Part shown: in pieces, positions 49,417 through 57,998 of the stretch
Layout: the number at the start of each line of letters is the position of its first letter
Numbering within the stretch: position 1 is the stretch's first letter
Assembly (NCBI GenBank): GCA_963826375.1
Contig: CAWGWN010000003.1
Coordinates: forward strand, 64,352-128,351
DNA length: 64,000 bases
DNA from: an uncultured Actinomycetota bacterium
Lineage (GTDB): Bacteria > Actinomycetota > Actinomycetes > Actinomycetales > Dermatophilaceae
Reading direction: 5' to 3'
Made by a program: the position numbers and the translations under genes
The notes under the pieces: model-generated
What the model saw: only the letters and a program-made list of their open reading frames with translations
Told to the model about the DNA's origin: nothing
Database searches by the model: none

Positions 49417-50117
49417 GGCATAACCACCACGGTGGATGCCTCGCCGCAGGACGGGTCCCCGGGGGAGAGCTCGTCGAGGCGCACGGTCACGCGGGGCAGG
49501 AAGTACTGGACGAGCGGACCGATGAGCAACGCGTAGGCGACAGTGCCGACGCCGACGACCCCGCCCAGCAGCCAGCCGACGCTGAGCACGGTCACCTCGA
49601 TCCCGGTGCGCACCAGCCGAAGGCTCCACCCGGATCGGCGCGCGAAGCCTGTCATCAGCCCGTCCCGCGGGCCCGGTCCGAGCTGGCTGCCGATGTAGAG
49701 GCCGCCCGCGAGCCCGTTGAGCACGATGCCGCCGACGAGGAGCGCTCCTCGTGGCAGCAGCGCCGCCGGCTCGGGGACCAGGGCCAGAGCCGCGTCGGTG
49801 GCGAGCCCGATGACGACGACGTTGGCGACCGTGCCGACCCCGGGCCACTGCCGCAGCGGGAGCCAGAGCAGCAGCACGAGCGCGCCGACCACCATGGTCA
49901 CCTGGCCGAAGGTGATCGGCAGCCGGTGGGCCAGGCCGTAGTGCAGCACGTCCCACGGGTCGAGGCCCAGCTGGCTGCGGATCATCATCGCCATGGAGAC
50001 GCCGTAGAGGGTCAGCCCCAGGACCAGCTGGGAGAGCCGGCGCGGCAGGCGACCGGCGCGCAGCTGCTCCCGGGGCGTGAGGACGGAGAGCGGGACGAGC
50101 ACCATACCCAGCACCAT
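49413..50117 (-). CDS. yczE: YczE/YyaS/YitT membrane protein
   Basis: LGLDPWDVLHYG, PGVGTVAN and GPGPRDGLMTG. Confidence 0.88.
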   Translation of the reverse strand: MVLGMVLVPLSVLTPREQLRAGRLPRRLSQLVLGLTLYGVSMAMMIRSQLGLDPWDVLHYGLAHRLPITFGQVTMVVGALVLLLWLPLRQWPGVGTVANVVVIGLATDAALALVPEPAALLPRGALLVGGIVLNGLAGGLYIGSQLGPGPRDGLMTGFARRSGWSLRLVRTGIEVTVLSVGWLLGGVVGVGTVAYALLIGPLVQYFLPRVTVRLDELSPGDPSCGEASTVVVMP

Positions 50118-50168
50118 GCCTGCCGACTGGTCTGGTATTCCATGGCCAATCGTGTTTCACTGGCCTGC

Positions 50169-51623
50169 ATGTCAGGCCCGTCCCGGCGCCCCCGGACCGT
50201 CTCCGCTCGCAGCGTCGTCGGCCAGCTCGGCGCCGTTCCCTCCGCGGGCGGACCCGCCTACCAGGAGCTCGCCGAGGGGCTGCGGCGCCTCGTCGCGGAC
50301 GGGCGCATCCTCGACGGGACCCGGCTGCCGAGCGAGCGTGAGCTGACGGCGGCGCTCGGTGTCAGCCGCACCACCGTGGCCGGTGCGTATGCCGTGCTGC
50401 GCGACCGCGGCTACCTGCACTCGCGACGTGGTTCGGGCAGTGTCGTCACGGTGCCGGGCGGCCGCCGGGCAGGCGGACCGCTGCATCCCGGGGCGAATTC
50501 CGATGCCGACATCGACCTGTCCATCGCGGCCCCCAGCGCGCCTCCCGGGATCGCCGAGGCCTTCGAGGACGCCGTCCAGGAGCTGCCCCACCACCTCAGC
50601 GGCGCGGGGTACTCCCCGTTCGGCCTGCCCGAGCTGCGCGAGGTGCTCGCCGACCGGTACGCGCAGCGCGGGCTGCCGACCAGCCCGGGCCAGATCATGG
50701 TCACGACGGGAGCCCTGGCAGCCCTGTCGGTCGTCCTGCGCGGCAGCATCGGCCCCGGTGACCGGGTCCTCATGGAGTCGCCGACCTACCCGAACGCGCT
50801 GGCGTCAGTGCGGGACTCGGGCGCCCGAACAGTCGGGCTCCCGCTCGACCCCGAGGGACTCGAGGCGCACGCGCTCGAGGTCGCGCTGCGTCAGAGCTCG
50901 GCGACCCTGGCCTACCTCATCCCGGACTTCCAGAACCCCACCGGCCTGCTCGTCGACGACGCGACGCGAGAGCGGGCGGGGGCGGCGCTGCGACGCCAGC
51001 GAACCATCGCGGTCGTCGACGAGACTCCGGTCGACCTCGGCATCGACGTCGCGCCGGAGCAGATGCCTCGGCCCATGGCGGCGTTCGCCGACAGCGCAGT
51101 GACCATCGGCAGCTCGAGCAAGACCTACTGGGGCGGGCTGCGGGTCGGCTGGCTGCGTGCCCCTGAGCGGGAGCTGCCCCGCTTCGAGCAGTCCCGGCTC
51201 GGCCTCGACCTCGGCGTCCCGGTCCTCGAGCAGCTCGTCCTGCGTCGCCTGCTGAGCGAGGGTGACCAGGGGCCCGCCCACCGCCGCGAACAGCTGCGGA
51301 GCTCGCGCGACGCCCTGGTGTCGGCGTTGCGCGGCCAGCTGCCGGACTGGCGCTTCGTCGTCCCCGCCGGTGGCCTGAGCGTCTGGTGCGAGCTCCCGGG
51401 GCCCCGCTCGAGCGCCGTGTGCGATGCCGCTGCCGGGCTCGGGGTGCGGCTGGCGCCCGGCTCCGCCTTCGGCGTCGAGGGCGGCCTGGAGTCCTTCCTG
51501 CGCATCCCGTTCGCACTCACACCGGAGGTCCTCACCGACGCGGTCGGCCGGATCGCCCGGGCGTGGGAGCTCGCCGAGCAGGGACACTCGCCGCAGCGGC
51601 CCCGCGTGAGCCTCATCGCCTAG
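50169..51623 (+). CDS. MocR/GntR regulator with PLP aminotransferase domain (YczR-like)
   Basis: RLPSERELT..LGVSRTTV.AY..L..RGSGS; PDFQNPTG and SKTYWGGLRVGW; divergent from yczE. Confidence 0.92.
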   Translation: MSGPSRRPRTVSARSVVGQLGAVPSAGGPAYQELAEGLRRLVADGRILDGTRLPSERELTAALGVSRTTVAGAYAVLRDRGYLHSRRGSGSVVTVPGGRRAGGPLHPGANSDADIDLSIAAPSAPPGIAEAFEDAVQELPHHLSGAGYSPFGLPELREVLADRYAQRGLPTSPGQIMVTTGALAALSVVLRGSIGPGDRVLMESPTYPNALASVRDSGARTVGLPLDPEGLEAHALEVALRQSSATLAYLIPDFQNPTGLLVDDATRERAGAALRRQRTIAVVDETPVDLGIDVAPEQMPRPMAAFADSAVTIGSSSKTYWGGLRVGWLRAPERELPRFEQSRLGLDLGVPVLEQLVLRRLLSEGDQGPAHRREQLRSSRDALVSALRGQLPDWRFVVPAGGLSVWCELPGPRSSAVCDAAAGLGVRLAPGSAFGVEGGLESFLRIPFALTPEVLTDAVGRIARAWELAEQGHSPQRPRVSLIA

Positions 51624-51661
51624 CACCGCCGGGCGGCATCCACAGTCGGTAAGGTCCGGGT

Positions 51662-52669
51662 GTGACCCCTGACGAGCCGCCGCGACCCGTCCGTCCCACC
51701 GAGTCTGCACTGACCGAGAGCCGCGAGAGCACCGAGACACCGTCCGCGCTGGCCGAGCTTCTCGAGGTCCTCGACCTTGAGCGGCTCGGCGACGCCCACA
51801 TCGCGGTCCGTGGCGCAGCCGGGGACACCGAGTCGGAGCTGGGCGAGTCGGATGCGTCGGTGTTCGTCGGACAGAGCCAGCGGCAGCCGCACGGACGCGT
51901 CTTCGGCGGCCAGGTCCTTGCCCAGTCGATCATCGCGGCCGGGCGCACCGTGGTCGACGTGGACCCGGCCCGACCCCGGCATATCCACTCCCTGCACGGC
52001 TACTTCGTCCGCCCCGGTGACGACAACCACCCCATCCGCTTCGCGGTCGAGCGGATCCGCGACGGCAACTCCTTCTCCACGCGGCGGGTTCACGCCATCC
52101 AGTACGGCAAGCCGATCCTGTCGATGATCGCGTCGTTCCAGGCCGAGGCGGAGGGGATGGACCACCAGGACTCCATGCCAGCGGCCCCCGAGCCCGAGTT
52201 GCTGCCCAGTGCCCGTGAGCTGCTCGAACGGATGGACAACCCGGTCGCGCAGGCCTTCGCCGAAGGGCGCCCGATCGACCTGCGGCACGTCGAGGGCAAC
52301 CTCTACTTCAAGCCCGGGCAGCAGCAGGCCGCCCGGCAGAGCGTCTGGCTCCGGGCCATCGGCTCGCTGCCCGACGACCCGCTGCTGCACGCGGCGGTGC
52401 TCGCCTACGCGTCCGACTACTCGCTGCTTGAGCCCGTGCTGCGACGGCACGGCATCGCCTGGTCCGACCGACGGCTCCGGCCGGCCAGCCTGGACCATGC
52501 GATGTGGTTCCACCGCCCCGCCCGCGCGGACGAGTGGATCCTCTACACCCAGCACTCGCCCTCCGCCCAGGGCGGGCGAGGGCTGGCCGCGGGCCGGATG
52601 TTCTCCGCCGACGGCCGCCTCGTCGCCTCGGTCGCCCAGGAGGGCATGCTCCGGCTGAAGCAGCCGTGA
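51662..52669 (+). CDS. tesB: Acyl-CoA thioesterase II
   Basis: FGGQVLAQS, SLHGYF, YASD, SLDHAMWFH and SVAQEG. Confidence 0.92.
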   Translation: MTPDEPPRPVRPTESALTESRESTETPSALAELLEVLDLERLGDAHIAVRGAAGDTESELGESDASVFVGQSQRQPHGRVFGGQVLAQSIIAAGRTVVDVDPARPRHIHSLHGYFVRPGDDNHPIRFAVERIRDGNSFSTRRVHAIQYGKPILSMIASFQAEAEGMDHQDSMPAAPEPELLPSARELLERMDNPVAQAFAEGRPIDLRHVEGNLYFKPGQQQAARQSVWLRAIGSLPDDPLLHAAVLAYASDYSLLEPVLRRHGIAWSDRRLRPASLDHAMWFHRPARADEWILYTQHSPSAQGGRGLAAGRMFSADGRLVASVAQEGMLRLKQP

Positions 52670-52710
52670 GCGGGACCAGGGCCGACGACACCGGGGCCCA
52701 GCGACACCCG

Positions 52711-52787
52711 GTGCGTCCGGGTCCGGGCGGGTCGGGACCCGTCTCGACCCGGACGCACGGGGGCAGTGGGGCGGTGGGGCAGTGGGG
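52711..52787 (+). repeat. Long hairpin (52711-52758) followed by a G-rich 8-bp tandem repeat (52759-52787)
   Basis: GTGCGTCCGGGTC...GACCCGGACGCAC stem; GGGGG-CAGT-GGGG-CGGT-GGGG-CAGT-GGGG. Confidence 0.8.
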
Positions 52788-52881
52788 CGGACGACACCGG
52801 TTGACCTGCGCGTGACGAGGTAAGCGTGCGCTCAGTAGACTCGGGCGGCACCGCCGTCCCCCATGCTGAGGAGCCACCCTC

Positions 52882-53640
52882 GTGACCACGACCCCCCGGA
52901 CCGCCATCGTCACCGGAGCCGCCCGCGGCATCGGCGCAGCGACCGCGAAACGGCTCGGCGCCGACGGACATGCTGTCGCGGTGCTCGACCTCGACGAGTC
53001 GGCATGCGCGGACACGGTCTCGGCGATCACCGACGCCGGAGGCCGCGCACTCGCGGTCGGTGTCGACGTCGCCCGGGCCGACCAGGTCTCCGCCGCCGTC
53101 CAGCGGGTCGTGGGGGAGCTCGGAGTGCCGACCATCCTCGTCAACAACGCCGGCATCACGCGGGACAACCTCATCTTCAAGATGTCGGAGGAGGACTGGG
53201 ACGCCGTGATCAACGTCCACCTGCGCGGCTCGTTCCTCATGACCAAGGCCGTCCAGGCCCACATGACGACGGAGAAGTTCGGCCGGATCGTGAACCTCTC
53301 GTCGACCTCGGCACTGGGCAACCGCGGCCAGGTGAACTACTCGGCCGCCAAGGCGGGGCTCCAGGGCTTCACCAAGACCCTGGCGATCGAGCTCGGCCGG
53401 TTCGGCGTCACCGCCAACGCCGTCGCCCCCGGCTTCATCCAGACGGAGATGACCAAGGCCACGGCTGACCGGCTGGGAGTGTCCTTCGAGGACTTCATCG
53501 CCCACTCTGCCAAGGAGATCCCCGTGCAGCGGGTGGGCCAGCCGGACGACATCGCTGCGACCGTGTCGTTCCTCACCAGCGACGAAGCCGGCTTCGTCAG
53601 CGGGCAGGTCATCTATGTCGCCGGGGGCCCGCAGGACTGA
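52882..53640 (+). CDS. fabG: SDR oxidoreductase, 3-oxoacyl-ACP reductase-like
   Basis: TGAARGIG, NNAGITRD and YSAAK. Confidence 0.85.
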   Translation: MTTTPRTAIVTGAARGIGAATAKRLGADGHAVAVLDLDESACADTVSAITDAGGRALAVGVDVARADQVSAAVQRVVGELGVPTILVNNAGITRDNLIFKMSEEDWDAVINVHLRGSFLMTKAVQAHMTTEKFGRIVNLSSTSALGNRGQVNYSAAKAGLQGFTKTLAIELGRFGVTANAVAPGFIQTEMTKATADRLGVSFEDFIAHSAKEIPVQRVGQPDDIAATVSFLTSDEAGFVSGQVIYVAGGPQD

Positions 53641-53733
53641 CGAGGCGAACAGCCGGTCGCGGTCCGGACGGCACCGGGTCCAGATACGGCACGGGGTTCA
53701 GCCAACACACTGGCTTCAGCTCCGGCAGGGGGT

Positions 53734-54010
53734 TCAGCTGGTCTTGCCGATCCGGATCGCGGTGCCGAACGGGTCGCGGAGGCCGAAGTCGACCCCATAG
53801 GGCTGCTCGATGGGCTCCTCGGGGAGCTCGACTCCCTTCGCTTTCAGCTCGGCGTGCGCCTGGTCGACGTCGTCCGTCGAGAAGATCAGCCACCCGGCCG
53901 CCCTTCGTCACGAGGGACCGCGCGGTCGCGGCAGCTGCGTCATCCACGACAGGAGGCCCGGGCATGTCGAGCATGATCTCGCGGTCTGGGTCCCCATGGA
54001 TGCCGCTGAT
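53734..54010 (-). pseudogene. VOC/glyoxalase remnant with N-terminal loss and an internal frameshift
   Basis: GDPDREIMLDMPGPP...LVTKG in one frame, WLIFSTDDVDQAHAELKAKGVE..E...PYGVDFGLRDPFG in another. Confidence 0.75.
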
Positions 54011-54039
54011 CTTGAGGTCTCGCTCTCAGCCGCGCCATC

Positions 54040-54150
54040 GCCGCGCACGAGGGCAGCGCCACGACCGGTGCCCGGCGGTAGGCCGTGGGCGACTCCCCCA
54101 GGACCTCGCGGAAGGTCCGGCTGAAGGTGCCCAGGCTGCTGAAGCCGCGG
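54040..54150 (-). pseudogene. C-terminal remnant of an AraC-family regulator
   Basis: GFSSLGTFSRTFREVLGESPTAYRR with no upstream coding part or start. Confidence 0.75.
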
Positions 54151-54173
54151 GGGCGCGGAACCGCCGCGGGACG

Positions 54174-55328
54174 TCAGAGGCCGAGGTCGCGGCCGATGAG
54201 CTCCTTCATGATCTCGTTCGAGCCGGCCCAGATCTTCGTGACACGTGCGTCACGCCAGGCTCGGGCCACGCGGTACTCGTTCATGTAGCCGTAGCCGCCG
54301 TAGAGCTGGACGCACTCGTCGAGCACGTCGTTCTGCACCTGCGCGCTCCACCACTTGGCCTTGGCGGCATCGACAGCGGTCAGCTCGCGCTTCGCGTGGG
54401 CGGCGACGCAGTCGTCGACGTAGGCCTGGGTGACCTCGATCTTCGTGACGAGCTCGGCGATCTTGAACTTGTTGTGCTGGAACGACCCGATCGGCTGGCC
54501 GAACGCCTTGCGCTCCTTGGTGTACTCGATGGTCTCGGTGAGGATCTGCGCCGCGTGCGCGGTGTTGGCGACCGCGGCCCCGACCCGCTCCTGCGGGAGG
54601 CGCTCCATCATCGCGATGAAACCGCGACCCTCCTCGCCGATGCGGTTGCCGTCGGAGACGCGGACGTTCTCGAAGAACAGCTCGGCGGTGTCCGCCTCGA
54701 CCTGGCCGACCTTGTCGAGCTTGCGACCCCGAGTGAACCCCGCCATCCCGTCCTCGAGCATGAACAACGTGATGCCCTTCGCGCCCTTGCTCGGGTCGGT
54801 CCTGGTAGCCACGATGACGAGGTCGGCTTGGAAGCCGTTGGTGATGAACGTCTTGCTGCCGTTGATGACCCAGTCGCCGCTGCCGTCATCCGTGCGAACC
54901 GCCGTCGTCTTCAGCGCGGCCAGGTCGGAGCCGCCGGAGGGCTCGGTCATCGCGATCGCGCAGATGAGGTCGCCGGCCGCCATACCGGGGAGCCACCGCT
55001 GCTTCTGCTCCTCGGTGCCGAGGTCCACGAGGTAGGGCGGGCAGACATCGGCATGGATGCCGAAGCAGGACGAGGCGGAGGCACTGAACTTCGCGATCTC
55101 CTCGGCGGAGATGGCGTTGAACCGGTAGTCCCCCGCTCCGGCACCGCCGAACTCCTCAGGGATGTCCAGGCCGAAGAGCCCCTGCTTGCCGGCCTCCGTC
55201 CAGATGTCCCGGGGGATCGTGCGGCCCTCGATCATCTCCTCCGCTCGGGGCTTCAGCGTGCGGTCGACGAACTCCCGCACGGTGCTGCGGAATGACTCGT
55301 GGTCCTCGTCGTAGACGTTGCGTGGCAT
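54174..55328 (-). CDS. Acyl-CoA dehydrogenase
   Basis: AIAMTEPSGGSDL, NGSKTFITNG, QLYGGYGYM.EY and IWAGSNEIMK. Confidence 0.95.
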   Translation of the reverse strand: MPRNVYDEDHESFRSTVREFVDRTLKPRAEEMIEGRTIPRDIWTEAGKQGLFGLDIPEEFGGAGAGDYRFNAISAEEIAKFSASASSCFGIHADVCPPYLVDLGTEEQKQRWLPGMAAGDLICAIAMTEPSGGSDLAALKTTAVRTDDGSGDWVINGSKTFITNGFQADLVIVATRTDPSKGAKGITLFMLEDGMAGFTRGRKLDKVGQVEADTAELFFENVRVSDGNRIGEEGRGFIAMMERLPQERVGAAVANTAHAAQILTETIEYTKERKAFGQPIGSFQHNKFKIAELVTKIEVTQAYVDDCVAAHAKRELTAVDAAKAKWWSAQVQNDVLDECVQLYGGYGYMNEYRVARAWRDARVTKIWAGSNEIMKELIGRDLGL

Positions 55329-55345
55329 GCGACCTACCTCCAGGT

Positions 55346-55365
55346 AACTAAGCGCTTGCTTAGTT
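55346..55365. promoter_or_regulatory. TetR operator AACTAAGC-GCTT-GCTTAGTT
   Basis: Perfect 8-bp inverted repeat between the divergent acyl-CoA dehydrogenase and TetR genes. Confidence 0.75.
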
Positions 55366-55391
55366 TCGCCGACCTGCGGCATGCTGTCAAC

Positions 55392-55988
55392 GTGAGTGCC
55401 ACGACAACCGCCTCGGGAGCCCAGACGGTCGACCGCCTGCTCGTGGCGGCGGCCGGCGCCTTCGCCGACAAGGGTTTCCACGCGACGACGACCCGCGACA
55501 TCGCCTCGCGCGCGGGGCTCTCCCCGGCCGGGGTCTACGTCCACTTCTCCTCCAAGGAGGACCTGCTGCACGCCCTGAGCCGCAGCGGTCACGAGGCGGC
55601 GCTGCAGCTGGTCAAGGCGGCCGCGGCTCCACCCGGCGACCCCGCGCAACGCCTGTCGCGCATCATGTCCAGCTTCTCCGCCTGGCACGCCGAGCACTAC
55701 GAGGTCGCTCGAGTGGTGCAGTACGAGTTCCCCCATCTCACCGCGGCGCACCGCGAGGAGGTGCTCGCGCTGCGCAAGGAGATCGACGCCACGGTGCGCG
55801 ATGTCATCCAGGAGGGCGTCGACAGCGGTCAGCTTGCCGTCGACGACGTCCCCGACACCGCGTTGGCCCTCATGTCGCTCTGCATCGACGTCGCGCGCTG
55901 GTACTCGCCCGCGATCAGCCGCCGCCCTGCCGAGATCGGGTCGGCCTACGCCGCCCTCGGGTTGCGTCTCGTCACCGTCCGGCAGTGA
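55392..55988 (+). CDS. TetR-family regulator
   Basis: F..KGFHATTTRDIA.RAGLS.A.VY.HF.SKEDLL. Confidence 0.93.
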   Translation: MSATTTASGAQTVDRLLVAAAGAFADKGFHATTTRDIASRAGLSPAGVYVHFSSKEDLLHALSRSGHEAALQLVKAAAAPPGDPAQRLSRIMSSFSAWHAEHYEVARVVQYEFPHLTAAHREEVLALRKEIDATVRDVIQEGVDSGQLAVDDVPDTALALMSLCIDVARWYSPAISRRPAEIGSAYAALGLRLVTVRQ

Positions 55989-56028
55989 TGCCCTTGACCA
56001 ACCACATACCGGGCATAGAGGAACCCAG

Positions 56029-56062
56029 GGGTCATTTGTCCCCATAACGGGACAACTGTCCC
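56029..56062. promoter_or_regulatory. Tandem palindromic boxes GGGTCATTTGTCCC and GGGACAACTGTCCC (DosR/NarL-like)
   Basis: Second box is a perfect GGGACA-N2-TGTCCC; boxes are 20 bp apart, upstream of the DUF3494 gene. Confidence 0.55.
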
Positions 56063-56178
56063 ATGGACCGGCTTCGTCCCTCGGGGTGATAGTGAGTGGA
56101 GCACGACGTGGAGGGTCCAGCGAGAGCGCCCCCGTGGCATTCCCTCTCGCAAACCTTCGCTTGATAGGGCGCCCCCTG

Positions 56179-57339
56179 ATGCTCAGCACCCGCCTCGTTT
56201 CCCCCCGCTCACGTTCCCGAAGGCTGGCCGGCGCAACGGGAGTGCTGACCGCGTGCACCCTGTCCATCCTCGTCGTGGGTGTCGGGCCGGCAGCCGCCGC
56301 CCAGCCGCCGGTGGGCCTGGGGACGGCCGAGAGCTTCGCCGTCCTCGCCGCCGCGACCGTCACCAACACCGGTCCCTCCGTGATCAGCGGGAGCGTCGGG
56401 GTCTCGCCCGGGACGGCCATCACAGGCTTCCCCCCGGGTCTGGTGACCAACGGCACGATCCACGCAGCCGACGCCGTAGCGCTGCAAGCCCAGGTGCATC
56501 TCACCACTGCCTATGTGGACGCGGCAGGGCGCATACCGGTCAGCGTGGTCACCGCCGACCTCAGCGGGCAACAGCTCACCGCCGGCGTGTATGCCGGCGC
56601 GACCCTCGGACTGACCGGCACGGTGACGCTCGATGCGGAGAACGACCCCAACGCGGTCTTCATCTTCGAGTCGCAGAGCACCCTCGTCACCGGCAGCTCC
56701 AGCGTCGTCGCCCTCACCAACGGCGCCAAATGGTGCAACGTCTTCTGGCGGGTCGGAAGCTCGATCACCCTCGGGACGACCTCGACCTTCGTCGGGACGG
56801 CGATGGCGTTGACGTCGATCAGCGCCCAGACGGATGCGACCATCGAAGGCAGGTTGCTGGCACGCACCGGGGAGGTCACGCTCGACAGCAACGTCATCAC
56901 CCGGCCCGGGTGCGTCCCGGCCTCGGCGAACGCCACGCCGAGCTCGAGCAGCACCACGTCTTCGAGCAGCACCACGTCTTCGAGCAGCACGACGTCTTCG
57001 AGCAGCACGACGTCTTCGGGCACGACCACCTCCTCTGGTTCAACCACCGCAGCAGGCACGGACACCCTGTCCGGCGCCGCTCTCGGCCAAGGCACCTCGT
57101 CTGGCTCGGGCACGACGACACCGGCCCCCACCTCGGACGGAGCGGCGAACGCGCCGGTGCGGCCGCGGCTGGGCGGCGGGACCCCCGAACGCAGTACGTC
57201 GAGCTCGGTCCCCGGTCTCCCCAGCACCGGCAGCACCGTAGGTGGACCGGTCGCCGCAGGCGTGGCCGCCCTCGTCCTCGGCTGCTGGATGATGCTCGCG
57301 GCGCATCACGGCAGGCGCGTCGGGCGTCACCGCGGGTGA
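56179..57339 (+). CDS. Secreted DUF3494 ice-binding-like protein with Ser/Thr stalk and LPxTG-type anchor
   Basis: Signal peptide; LGTAESFAVLA..TVTNTG.S...G.VG.SPGTAITGF, TLDA..DPNAVFIF, NVFW.VGSS.TLG..S.F.G; LPSTG, TM helix and basic tail. Confidence 0.9.
   Translation: MLSTRLVSPRSRSRRLAGATGVLTACTLSILVVGVGPAAAAQPPVGLGTAESFAVLAAATVTNTGPSVISGSVGVSPGTAITGFPPGLVTNGTIHAADAVALQAQVHLTTAYVDAAGRIPVSVVTADLSGQQLTAGVYAGATLGLTGTVTLDAENDPNAVFIFESQSTLVTGSSSVVALTNGAKWCNVFWRVGSSITLGTTSTFVGTAMALTSISAQTDATIEGRLLARTGEVTLDSNVITRPGCVPASANATPSSSSTTSSSSTTSSSSTTSSSSTTSSGTTTSSGSTTAAGTDTLSGAALGQGTSSGSGTTTPAPTSDGAANAPVRPRLGGGTPERSTSSSVPGLPSTGSTVGGPVAAGVAALVLGCWMMLAAHHGRRVGRHRG
56944..57051 (+). repeat. 18-bp tandem repeat coding SSSTTS x4 plus 2 degenerate units
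   Basis: TCGAGCAGCACSACGTCT units at 56944, 56962, 56980 and 56998. Confidence 0.9.
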
Positions 57340-57376
57340 GCTGCAGCGCGGGCTCGTTCCTGCCTAGCGCGGCGGC

Positions 57377-57859
57377 TCAGTCCGGTTGGTCTAGGCCCAC
57401 GGCTATCGCGGCAAGGCGCTGGTCGGGCGCCCACCTGAAGTCGAGCTGAAGTCCCTGCTCGGCGCTATGGAACTGCGCCAGCCGTACGGACTGCCCGTGC
57501 ATGGCCCAGGCGATCCGGGCGAAGTCACCGGGGACCTGTCCTCGGGCGAGCACGACGGTCCCGTCGGCGAAGCAGACTCGCACCGCCCGCTCGCCCGGCG
57601 CCCGTCGAATGGCTCGGACGGGCACCCCGCGCAGGACGAGCTGGTGCAACCTGGCACCGAGCAGGATCCCGACCTCGTGACCGTGCGCCGCGCAGACCCG
57701 CTCGAACGCGTCGTCGAGGTCTTCCACCACCCGCGCCTGGGCGGCGGGCGCCTGGCCCGCTGGCGCCGCCTTGAAGGCGCCGGACGGCTGCGGCCGACGC
57801 AGCCGGATGGCGCCGAGCACCCCGGCACCGAGCGCGAGAAGGACGAGCCACGTACCCAC
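57377..57859 (-). CDS. Hypothetical protein with N-terminal membrane anchor
   Basis: WLVLLALGAGVLGAI TM segment followed by a globular beta-rich region; CACACT-N6-GTG. Confidence 0.6.
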   Translation of the reverse strand: MGTWLVLLALGAGVLGAIRLRRPQPSGAFKAAPAGQAPAAQARVVEDLDDAFERVCAAHGHEVGILLGARLHQLVLRGVPVRAIRRAPGERAVRVCFADGTVVLARGQVPGDFARIAWAMHGQSVRLAQFHSAEQGLQLDFRWAPDQRLAAIAVGLDQPD

Positions 57860-57998
57860 CAGCCCAGTGTGCTCCCAGATCCGGGAGCAGTCACCTCTGT
57901 CGATGTTTTGCCGATGTGGGTGTGTGGGCTCGTCGACCGGCGGATAGTGGTGGGCGACGATCTCGGCTTCATCACGTCGCAGATCGGAAAGGACGGTC

